Part shown: positions 9,701-21,700 of the stretch, piece after piece
Numbering within the stretch: position 1 is the stretch's first letter
How the letters are laid out: each line of letters opens with the position of its first letter
Source: an uncultured Omnitrophica bacterium
Lineage (GTDB): Bacteria > Omnitrophota > Gorgyraeia > JACQQV01
Length of the DNA stretch: 64,000 nt
Assembly: GCA_947085655.1 (NCBI GenBank)
Contig: CAMTXH010000014.1
Coordinates: 9,825 to 73,824 of the forward strand
Direction of reading: 5' to 3'
Position numbers and translations under genes: made by a program
The notes under the pieces: generated by a model
Told to the model about the DNA's origin: nothing
Seen by the model: only the letters and a program-made list of their open reading frames with translations
The model's database searches: none

Positions 9701-12700
9701 CGGGATCGATGCCATTGACAGACGGGTCGCCGAAATCAAAGCGAAACTAAAAGGGAAAGTCGGTTATAAGGAACTCATCAAACTCCGGAACGAACTGAAG
9801 GTATTAGAAGAGCGGAAAAAGAGACTGGCAGCCGAGCGGGATGCCGAGCCCTTTACCCGGAAAACGGTTCAGGACCGGTTTGAATATGACGAGCAGGGGA
9901 ATGTGATCGGATACCGGCAGATCACGCGCGATGCGGAAGGGAACGTCGTCGATCATAACGAAGTCTCCGGCATCTATATCCATCCGGTCACCCAAAATGT
10001 GGTGAGGCAGATCCGGACCACCTATGTCCGGGACGGGGTGACGCTGGAAAAACCGGAGGTCCGGACCGAGTACAACAAACAGTACGACATGCGAGGCCGG
10101 CTCATCCGTCAGACGATTGAGCAGGATGGGAAAACGTTCGTCGAAGCATTCAAATATAATCGCCTCGATCAACTGATCTGGAGCCGGAATCAGCAGGGAA
10201 TCACCTCCAATTATACCTATAACCGAAGCGGCCAGGTGACCGGCTATGAGATGCACTTCTTTGAAGGGGAGACGAAATACGTCAAAGTTTACAATATCCG
10301 CTATGACGGATTCGGCCGGAAAGTCGGCGAAACCCGCCGGGCCTATATAGAAAATAAAGATGTGAAGGGCTGGCAGACAACCACCGTCACCTATGGGTAC
10401 GACCAACTCGGCCGGATTGCCTGGGAAGAGACCCACAGCGTCTTCAAGGGCAACACAAAGAAAGGTGACCACAAGGTCACCATCAAGGAGGGGTGGCGGA
10501 CCACCTACACCTACGGGCCCAACGGACAGGAAAAGCGCGAAAGGAGACTCTATTATGACCAGGAGATAAAACGGGGCTTCTGGGCGAATGTAGTCCACAA
10601 TCTCTTCGGCGGGTTTGTCTTTGATGCGATCGCAGAAATCTTCGAAGCGTTCGGGTGGGAGAAGGGCGCCAACTTTGTCCGTCAGATTACCCCGATTCTT
10701 CAGATGGTCGGCATTATGATCGCTGCCATACTCGCCGCGCCCTTCTCCGGAGGCCAGTCGCTCACCTTCGGCATGATGCTTGGGAACGCCCTTTTTGTGG
10801 CGGCCGTGACCGGTGCAGCCGCCTTCATGATGAATGTGGCAAACGGCATGTCCGTGAAAGATGCCCTTATCGCCTTTGCGAAGGGGCTTGCCCTCGCCGT
10901 TGTCACCGCGGGCCTCATGCAGGGGCTTGAAGCATTTGCCAGCGTCATCGATTCCATAGCGAGACTCGGGTGGGACATCTTGACCACGATTCCGAAACTG
11001 ATCGGCATCGCCCTGAAATTTGTGAAGGATGTCGGCACAAAGATTTATGATGCGCTGAATACCGCCTATACAAAGACTCTCCGGAAATTCATCGAGAAAT
11101 TCGGCGGAACCGCAGGGGCGACCGGTGGAATGATCACCCTTTCAACCGCCGGAAAGATTATGCAGGATGTGGTCCGGCAACTTGTGACCGCCGCCTTCAT
11201 GCAGATTAAGTTGCTCCGGGATTCCGACACCGCCAAGCTCCTCACCCTCTTCGCCCTCGGCGCCTACTTCGGAAATGTGGTGAATAGTTTCATCCTCCCG
11301 ATCGGACAGGAGATGATCCAGGGGAACAATCCGGAGGATATGGGTTATGCGGTCTATGCGCTTTATGCCTTTAACGTCGGGCTTCAGGCCTCTGGAGGCG
11401 ACTTCCTGAATCTTTTCCGGAATGCGGCGGGTGAACTGTCCGCTGTTGTCAGTAAAGGGGCCTTTATCGCGCAGTCGCTCTATCAGGCCCTTCAGGACCA
11501 GCTCCTTGCGGAACTCGGCGAAGCGCTCAAGCCGGATGTGATCCTCAAGACGGATGATTACGGAAACGTTCTTGAAAAGAAAAAAGGCGACCTTTCTCTC
11601 GGGGACAACATCTTAATTTCGATCGCCCGTTCCCTGACCGGCTACGAGATGTTCACCGCCATCCGCCACTTCACCTTCGGCAAGGGCCCCTTGATTGAAA
11701 AACAGGCGACCCCCGGCGGAAAATACCAGACTCTTCAATTCAATACCTTCGGCGATTTCCTGAAAGGCCGCGCCTCCCACATCGCCTTCTGGAGCGGCTT
11801 GCCGGATCCGGCGGATCCGAAAAAACTCATCTTCGGCTCCCAGCAGATGGCGATCAGCCGGCTGGGCGGTCAGACCCAAATTCAATACTTCAACAGCCTC
11901 TTTGAGGGGGGCGCAAAACCGTTCCGGACCGATCTCCTCAATCCGGGCGGCAAGTCCACCATTTCCCTTCATACGTATAAGCCGGACGGGACACAAGTCA
12001 CATACCGGACTGATTTCTTCCAAAACAATAAACCGGTTGCGACGGAACTTTATAGCGAAGATCACACCGTCCGGATCAACCACCTGGATAACACGGTGAC
12101 CGTTGTCGGACGCGGCGTCATACCGATACCGATTTACCCGATTTTCCCGTTTGTCCAATTCACATTCCCTCAGGCCATTGCCAATACCCAGCTGGACGGT
12201 CCCTTCCTGAGGATTCAGGGGAAGAACGGGGATATCGCGACGTATGACTTGAATAAAGTTATGGAGGGATGGGGGGAGAACATCGTTCCTCTGACAACGG
12301 CCACGTTTGACAAAAAAGGACAACCGACCTTTACCTATCATCCGGAAGGGCTTTCAGAAAGGACCTTTTCCTCCGAGGCCTTCCGGAATCAGCTTCCTGA
12401 AGCCCTCCGGGACGTGGAAATCACCAGGGACCGGCTCGATATCCGCTTCGGCACGCAGGTTTATGTTTATGCGGATAACGAGAAGAGCAAACTTCTCTTC
12501 ATCCACGACCTTGCTTCGGGATGGACGCTGGTGGAGGGACGGGAGAAAAACGATGTTGATCTCTATGTGAGTGCCGCAGGTGGGCCAAAGTCGGTCCGTC
12601 AATCCCTGCCGGAACTGTTCAAGCATATTGAACTGAATCTTAAAAATATCCAGATGCAGCAGACCGCCGCAGGACCGCTTCTGACTATTTTTGACGCTGT

Positions 12701-15700
12701 CAAGGGACAGGGAATCCTCTCGCTGGATCTGGAGGGAGGGGAACTGGCCGTCTCCTTCATCCATCCGCAGGGCCTTGAGATCGCCCTCGGTAACCAGACG
12801 GGGCAGGTCCTGCATGAGTGGAACGCGGCGCATCCTGAAAACCAAATTGATCCGAACCGCTTGGATGCGAATGCGGCAAAGAATCTCTTCAGTTTCTTCA
12901 GCGAAAAACTGAGCCAGCTCCAAAATCCGGATATGGATATGGCGGAGCGGGAGGTGCGGGTCAACCAGATCCGGCCGCTGGTTCAACTGCTCATTGCCAG
13001 GATGGGTGAGTTGGAAGGGCTTCTCGGAAGCGATGAGATCCAGACTCTGAAGAATAGCATAACCACCTTCTATCAAATTGCCATTCAGGTTGTGGAATAT
13101 AAGATAAGTGCCGTCCAAAAGACCATTTCAATCTTGAAGGAAAATGCAACCGGCCCCGGGGCTGCGGATTATCAGAACCATCTCCAAAAACTGGAAACTC
13201 AATTGGTTCAGGCGACAAATGCACTGACCCATTTGGAGGACTCCATCGATCAAAACCATTTTGATGCGGCGGATGTATTCCTTTCAAACGCGATGAACCT
13301 TCCGAGTCTTCTGACCCTACGGAGTGAAGCGGCGGGACTTCTTTACAAGCAGGGCGGGATCCAAGAGGGTAGAGTCAATGCCCTCAAGACCCTTTTGAAA
13401 CTCTATGAAGCCGAATTGAAAGAGGCGAGGAGCACAGCCGCTCCGGATACGACACGGATCGAGGATTTAACCAAGGCGATCTCTTACCTTAATTCCGCCA
13501 TCAACACCGGCCTGATCAGTCCTGAACTGCAGAATATTCTTTTGACTCCCCAGCGGAGAGTCCGGCTTCTTTTGTCACAGGCCCTTCCGGAACTGCTGAG
13601 GACCCAGGCGGCAGGAGGAGATATTACGAAACTAAAAGCAGACCTCCTTGCGAAGGCGGAAGAAATCAGTCCGGCATTCAGGGAGAGACTGGAAAACGTC
13701 ATTCGTATTTCTGCCGGCATCACCAGTCCGGAAATGGAGAAACTTTCTTCCGAAGCCCGGGCTGAAAGGGTTGTAAACATTACCCGGACCGAACTCATTC
13801 CGGCGGTGTTGGAGTTGAACCGATTCCTCGAGACGCAGGGGTATCTTTTGTATGCGGTGCCGTCTGCGGACGGCCGCAGGGTGGAAAGCCGTGTTCTGGA
13901 TATCAATGAAATCCGCCGGTACAAAATCACCCTCAACGGGAAAACGCATGAATTCCGCGTCTTCTTTGTGACCTATCCGGGGGCCGACTCGGGTGTTCCC
14001 GGCGGCGCCCTCCATGATCTTGAGACCCGGCTCAGCCATTACGGATACAGCATGGGGGATTACAATGTGGTTCTCCAGGATAACCTTGGCCGGTTTGTGG
14101 AAGTGATCAACGACTCAACCTTCAGGGATGTGGAAGGGCAGCGCCTTGAGGGCTTGGTCGCGGGCCAAGCACTGACCGTGGCAGGGTATCAGGTCATTGC
14201 AAACCTCACTGCAGACCACGAAGTGGGTCATGCGGTCGAGCGGCTACTCGGACATATTGATCCAACGGATGCCCCGGCACAGGAGACAGCCGCCTACTTC
14301 CGGGAATTGGCCGGCGCCGAAACATTCCAAGAGGCATGGGGATCGCTTAAGGATCTCTGGGGGATGGCCAAACATGGTCCGGAAGGGGCGCCTCATACGA
14401 TTGCCGCCCGAAACGTCTTACGCGCACTTTATACACGGCTGGCTCAAAAGGAGGGGGGAGACTTTAATGACCTCTCAACCCATCCGAAATTCCAAAGGGT
14501 CCTGATGCGCCTTGCGGAGGCGAACCTTGACGGATTCCGGTCTCTTATCGGAGAAGGGTACGAGGCCCACTTTGGCAGGGCATTGGTCCAGCCGGAACTT
14601 GAAGAGGGCTCTACCATCCCGAACCGGCCGGTCAGTCTTGAGGCGGTTGGGCTTGCGCTGAACACAGCGGACGACACCTTCATCACAAGGGCCGAAAGCG
14701 CCTACAACCGGCTCGGGGCATTTACCGACGACATTATTACTGCAATCAACAATAACGATTTGGATGCGGCCAAAGGGCTTCTCCAGTCCTCTGGGGCGTT
14801 TGTTACCGACATAACCGCCTTCTTCAACGAGGTCAGCTCGGTGATGGACGCGCTGAGTCATGTTCCCTCCAGCATCTTCGGAGAGCAGATGTCTCCGGAA
14901 GAAACGGCAAATCTGAGCCGGACCCTTCGTCAACTCGGGGATATTGTTGCCGAAGAGGAACTGACGCTTTCGCAAGCCCAGCGCAGCCCAACGCTCCGGA
15001 TGACGGATAGCGATTCTATTCCTGTGGCCGCGGTGGTGAACGCTGTGAATGCGGCAGAGGTGATCCATGAAGATGACACCATCACGAAACCGGGTAGTGT
15101 CAAAACAGCCGACGGCACATCGGTTAACTATAACGAGCACCGGCACCTTCAAATCCAGAATAACGACACCCAGACCCTCACAACGATTGACCGTTACTTC
15201 CAAGGGGAGAAACTTGTCTACCTTCAAGTGAGCGTCAAGGATCTGGTCACCGGCCGGATCACGAATTTCGCCTATACCGGAACGATGGAGTTGAACAAAT
15301 CGGGCGGGCTTAACCTGATTGATGCAAAAGTGTTCAGGACCTACACGACCCTCGCGACCCTGAACGGCGTCCGGCAAGAAGTTCTCATCGAAGAGATTTC
15401 CATTATAAAGGATAACGAACTCATCAGCTCGAATCAGGTCCTGAAGAGTCTCGAAGGGATTCCCCTTGGGACTTTGGATCCGCAAGAGCTCCAGAATCAA
15501 TTGAACGGAGTGGATGCCTCCGGAGCCGCTCTCCGGTTTACCGCGTTGGATGACCCGAAGAATCTCGGGGAGATCGAGGGCCTTAGGGGAAGAGAGAAAC
15601 TCCTGACACTTTATGAAGTGACCCGGACGGTTGAGACAGAGGAAGGGCCAAAGACAGAGACCTTCCATGTCCTTGCCAATGATGATTTCTCCGAGCAGTT

Positions 15701-18700
15701 CAGGGTGGAGATCACGCGTCAAGGGGATGCGATTCAGATTACCAAGGTCATTTATGATTCTGTCGTCGATCCCCTGACCGGCAATATCACTGTTCCGTTT
15801 GAGGTTCTTGAAAACGGAAAATTTGTGAGCGACCGGTTTGAATATGCAAGACTCTCCGATCCGAAGAACCTTGCATCGGCCGAACTCAAACTGAAGGCGG
15901 AAGGGTTCCTTGAAGTGAGCGGCCTTCATCTCTATAAACTCACCCGGATTCATGGAACGCAGCAGGTGGGGGAGGCCTCCTATGTCCTTGCAACTCAGGA
16001 CCTCTCGGAACAATACGGTATCCGGCTCGGCAAAAATGGACAGATTAAGAGTATCCAAGTCCAGTTTAAGACGGAAGGCAATAATAAGAAAGTCACTTCC
16101 CTTGACTTTGAAAACGGCGAATTTGTCGTTACAGAAAGATTCTTCGGACGGAAGAGTGCCGCAAATCTCTCCTCGGCTCAAAAAATCCCGCTTTTGGCAG
16201 GGTTCCATCTCTATGAGGTGACAGAGACGGTCAAATTGGCGAATGGGAGTATTCGCCGCGGAGAAACCTCCATGGTCATGGCGAACGACGATCTCTCCGA
16301 TATTTACGGCGTCACGATGGAAGGGAGACAAATCGAAGCGATTCATATCTCCTTCGAGCGCCATGCCGAGGGCGCCACCTCCCGCTCCTTCATCTTTGAC
16401 AAGGGACGCTTTGAAGATACGATCAGCAAATACACACTGTCAGATTTGGCCGTGGAGAAACTCCCCGAAGCGATTGCCGCCTTGAAAGCGGCCGAAGGTC
16501 TCAAGATCGAAGGGAAACTTTCACTCTATCTCCTTGAGCAGACGGTGGACGGCAAAAAAGAGGCACCGGCATTTGTGCTGGTGAACGATCAGTTTACGCA
16601 GCAGTTCGGTGTCTCGCTGAATGAAGAAAGGACCCGGGTGATCGGGGGTCAAATCTCCTTTGATCGGAAGACCCTGACCGGGCGCGCCCTCGTCCTCAAC
16701 GAAAAAACCGGCCAATTCGATGATGTCATCAGCCATTACACAAAACTTGATTTGGTGCTCGGGAATCTGCCGGAGGCGGAAAGACGGCTCGGTGTCGGAG
16801 CGCTTACCGTCTACAAACTCAACCGGATCGTGAACGGGGTGGAAGAGGATCCTTCCTATGTTTTGATCAATAGCGACTTCAACAGACAATACTCGGTAGA
16901 GTTGAACGAAACCCAGACAGAGATTACCAGGATCCCGCTCGGTTCCAAAAAGGATCCCAAGACCGGAAATATCATTGTGACCTCCCTGGATGTCATCAAC
17001 GGCGAATTCCACGACGTGGAGACGCATCATCTCAATACACTGTTTAACCGGAGGGATTTGGAAGTCTACCGCTCCAGAATGAGGGAAGCGGGATATTCGC
17101 CCGAGGACTTCACCCTTTACGAGGTGGTCAAATATATTGATGGCAAACGTCAGCCGCAATCACCGACTCAGCACAGTGCCGCCCTTCTTCCGGCCCACGT
17201 TCCGACTATTCCTCTCGCCAATCTCTTTGAAGCGGACGGCCGCCAGTTTATTCTTCTGAGCAACGACTTCAACAAACAGTACGGCGTGAACTTTAGGAGC
17301 GGAAAAATCGAATCACTCAATTTCCGGACCGAAGGGGAAAACGGCGCTTTTACCATTACCACCTGGACGCCGAATAAGAAAGGCGGCATTGACGAACATT
17401 TGGATCTCTACGCACCGGTCTTCTTTGATGAATCGAGTCTTGGTGTATTCAGGGATCGGAATGTGATCGGAAGCGACCAGCACACCCTCTACAAAGTCAT
17501 TCAGAAACTGAATGGTGCCGTCCAGGCAGATTTCCATCTTCTGGTGAATGAGGACTTCAGCAAGCAGTTTGTGGCAACCCTTGAAGGGGACAGAATCACG
17601 AGTCTCATGCTCCGGACAGAGGATACGGACACCTTTAAACTCACCACCTTCACATTGTCCGGCAATGAAATTATCGAAACCTCTGCTATTTTCAACAAAA
17701 AAACTGGCGAACTGATCCGGGTCGAAAGCCCCTACGCCGAACGGCTCCAGACGCTTGAATCGCTTGTCGCGCAGCGGGACTACCTGAACGCCCTGATTCT
17801 TTATCTGACCGCCTCCTCGGATGCGCGGGATACACCGGGGCAGGACGGGCGGGATGCGCAGGTCGTTCTCCATCGGCAGGAGTTGGCAAGGATCGAAATC
17901 CAAATTGCCGAGGCGCAGGATCTGGTGGCGGCGGATCTTCTGGAATCGCTGAAGGCGCAAGGGTATGACACAACCCGGCTCACCCGCGAGAATGTCGTCT
18001 TTGTCAATAATGACAGATCACCGAAACTGACTGTCGATATTACATCTGAAAAGGAGGTCGGCGGGCGGAATCAGGTCATCAAAATCGAACCGAACGCCAT
18101 CTTTGGAATTGATGCGCAGACCGGAGGATATGCGGTCCACACAGGCGTTCTCCGGGTCGGGAATCTCAAACTGGCCTACCGGGACTTTAATCCGGAAATA
18201 CCGGCGCCACAGGATGATCAGAAACCGCAGGCCGGCGAAATGGTCTCAACCGGCATCACCCAGGTCGAGTTAGATGTGGATGAAAATAATAACTACTGGG
18301 TGACCGGAAGGATTGAAGTAAAGGACTTTGCCCGGCTTTTGGTGGTCCCCGGCTCGCGGATCGCTCTGCTCGGCAATCAGCAAGCAATCATTCTTGGAGA
18401 TACTTTTGACCCAGCCACCTCCGAAATCGGCCGGGTGATTGTGATTGAATTTGACAGCCGCCTCGGCGAAGACGGGAAAACGCCTATCGGCGCGGTGGCA
18501 CGGGATATTACGGGAGAGGTCCTTGCCGCACAAGAGACATTCCGGCAGAAGCGGACGATGCCGCAACGCTATAGCGCCGGATTCGATGGTATGGTGGATG
18601 ACGAAAGAGCCGCGGCTCCCAGATTTGACAGTGACGTTGCCCCTAATTTCGACATTGTCCCTTCCGACGCGGGGACAGGAAGAGAACTCAACACCGCCCG

Positions 18701-21700
18701 CGAGTTGGTCAATGCCAATATAGGAGGCGACACCGTAAGAGCGATGCCGGTCCTGGATGCCTCGATCGGGCGGATTTTCGTTCAGGCGATGAAGGTTGTT
18801 TGGGGGAATGTTGTCATCCGGCTTGGAAAGGAGTTCCATAATAGAGGGTGGATCGAGTCAGGCGAGGCACTCGCCAGGGAAGGACAGATGAACCAGGCGG
18901 TTCTTGGCGGGCCGTGGAAACAGGCATTGGCAAAGCCCGGCATTCTCCCGGCCATTACCTCTTTCCTCAGCGGATTTGCCTTCTTTGCACTCGCCATGCC
19001 GCAGTTTATCGCTGAATTTGTGGGCAAGCCCTGGGAGCTCATCAAGAAAACACTCGATCCCAACTCACCCGATTTTATCCTGACTTCGATGGCGAGAACT
19101 TTTGCGCAGGATCTGAAGACGAATGTCTGGTTCGGGCTCGGTGAACTGGCGGTCTTCGGCGCTTCGTTTGCCGTCGGCGGTTTCCTAAAGGGTGCGGGCC
19201 TGTTCCGGGTGATGAAGCAGGCAGCAAAGGCCCACAATAGACCTGCTTTGGCGGCGAGGGCGCTTGGTGAATCGATCACTGCAGGCGTTTCATACGGTAT
19301 CCGTTCGGCTCTCATGCTTCCGGTGCACCTGGTGACCTTCCCGATTACAATGACGCTTGGCATCATCGGAAAAGGATTACAGTTTGCCGGCGTCATGCGG
19401 CTTGGGAAGCTATTCAACGCATTGGGCGGCAATGCCCTCCGTTCTTACCTTGCTAACTTTTCCCTGAATCATCCGATTGCCTTTGTCAGAGCAAACGGCT
19501 TCTTTGGAAATGTTTCCGCTTTCATGAACCAGTTCCGCTTTGCCGATGCAAGCCCCGAGCGGCTTCTGGAGAGTCAGGCCGAGGCGTATCTCTTGCAAAA
19601 GACCGCGGCGGAGATGCTGAAGGGGGGCAATAATTGGATTCAGAAGAAAAGTTTGCAGCTTGCCCTTCAGCACTTCACCAAACAGTTGGGCCGGATCGAT
19701 ACGGCGATTTTGCAACTGGCAGGACAAAGAGGCGAACTTGACAGACTCATCGATCTTGGTTCCGGCAGGGGGAATGAACTCTTCGGTCAGCGGATCTCCA
19801 ATCTTGAACCGCTTGCCAACCTGATGCAGAGGGCCGCCAACTTTTATTTCGGAGAGCTTCTAAGGACGGCAGGACACGCCGAATCCGTCTCTGTCTTTGG
19901 TGAACTCCTTCAAAGAGGGATGATGCCGGAGACGATCCGGGAAGCAGTCCTCGACGCCCTGAATGGCGGAGGCGCGGGCCCGAGAAGAATCGCCGGCATT
20001 GAAATTGTGAATACCAGTGTGCTTCGCGGCATCTTAAACCTTGCACAGAAATTTAACAATACGCTCCGGCTTCCGGAACGGGTCCAGCAACTCGCCTTTG
20101 ACCAGTTTGTCTATGAAATGGTCCGGACGATGCCCGGTTACAGCCCGCAGGATATTCGAACCATCATTGACGGGGAGGGAAAACCGATCGATCTTCTCCT
20201 TCCGGGCGGCGATGCAAACTATAGCAGAGTCTACCGGACTGTCCGGCTTTCCAACGGCCAAGAAGTCGAGGTAACCCCGGTCCGTTTGGCCGCGGCAAGA
20301 AGGATTTATGAAGTACAGGGTGAGCGGGCGGCGAATCTTCTTTTTGAAGGGCTCTTTAGAGGGCTCCGGAATCCGGCTGAAATCCTGAACCGGTTGAATG
20401 CTCTCGGAAAAATCATCTTTGACCCGGCCAATTACGGAAAGACGTTAAGGGAAATTCTTCCGGCTGAATTGATGCCGCGGCTTCTCCGTGGGTCGCCCCT
20501 TGCCGACTATCGGCTGACGCCTCAGAGCCATTTGTTTAAACTCCTCCATACCAAACTGGAGAGCTACAATAGCCGTTTTGGCAATAAACCCTCTTTGTTC
20601 AACCTTGGAAATCCCTATCGGGACTTCTGGAAACCGGTGACCTCCACCAGCAGCGGAAAAAGCGCCCCCGGTGAATATGGAGGCACCCCGGAGCAGGTCC
20701 GGACACAGTTCGAAAGCCAGATGAATGCGGCCGAGAATCATCGGGCGAAGGCCAAGGAGTGGGCGAAAGCAAATGGCGTTCCCGAATCCCAAGCAGAGGC
20801 CAAATGGCTCCGGTCGGAACTGAAGCGGGTGAAACTGACCGGAAGAGAAATCCGGCACGCGGTCCGGCAGTATCGTCAAAATCCGGCCGGGTTACAAGAA
20901 TTCCTGAACGGACTTCGAAGGACCGAGCTTTTGACACCGGATGGCCGCGTTAATCCCGAAGGGCTCAGGAATCATGCGCTGGCGGAAGTCGTCGATCTCC
21001 TTGTCAATGTCTATCCCGATTTTAAACTTGACCGGAGGGGCTCCGGTGACCAACTCACCTTCCTTTATTTAATTACAGAGCGTGATTTCCTCCGGTTAAA
21101 CGGAGAAAGCGTTCCGACAGCCCTTCTCCAGTTGGTCCAAGGAGGCGGAAAAACACTCGGTGTCTTAATCGGAAAAGAGGCCGCTTACTCGCTTCATCTC
21201 AAACAGAAACCGAACGCCTCCTTCCATGACCTGATTGTGACCTCCAGGGATCAGTTGGCTTTCCAGTATTTCAAGGAAGGATCCCTTGAACGGAGGGTCA
21301 TTGACCATATGCGCGATACACTCGGAGTCGAGATCCGGAATGTCTCCTCCAAAGAAGTCCAAAACGTGGAGAACATCGGACCGGTCGGTCCCCGGAGTCT
21401 CCTCGTTATGGATAACTATAACTTCAAACGGCTGAGCATGAGTCTCACAAAACTCTACCAGGAGAAGGAAGCGCTTCAGCCGAAGCTCCTTGCCAAGGAG
21501 AAGGAGATTGAGATAGCCGGACAAGACCTTCGGGCAACAGAGGCACAATACCGGGCGAACACGGGACGGAATATCCCCTCCCTTTTGGATGCGGCTTCCG
21601 AGTTGGGTACAGCGAGGAGGACGGTGGTCGGCAGACAAGCAGACTGGTACCAGATTGCAACCCGGCTAAAGGAAGTGGAAGCCAAGATCGAAGATCATTA

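Noticed and set aside
7980-10580. Classic polymorphic-toxin RHS architecture (RHS core plus C-terminal toxin plus immunity gene)
   Set aside because: No PxxxxDPxGL RHS-core motif was seen after the YD repeats. No small immunity-like ORF follows, and the protein continues for about 5,800 more residues. The YD region is real but the toxin-cassette model does not fit.
14475-16364. 629-aa ORF on the minus strand. Similar long minus-strand ORFs: 7554-9188, 22458-23534, 24087-25271, 5012-6235 and 170-1411.
   Set aside because: All lie fully antisense to the giant + strand genes. Their translations are low-complexity R/G/P/L-rich strings with no recognisable motifs or signal peptides, and they lack plausible RBSs. 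This is typical of stop-codon-poor antisense frames in GC-rich DNA.
21129-21155. Possible P-loop (LVQGGGKTLG) in the giant protein
   Set aside because: It does not fit GxxxxGK[ST]. The residue six positions before the Lys is Leu, not Gly.
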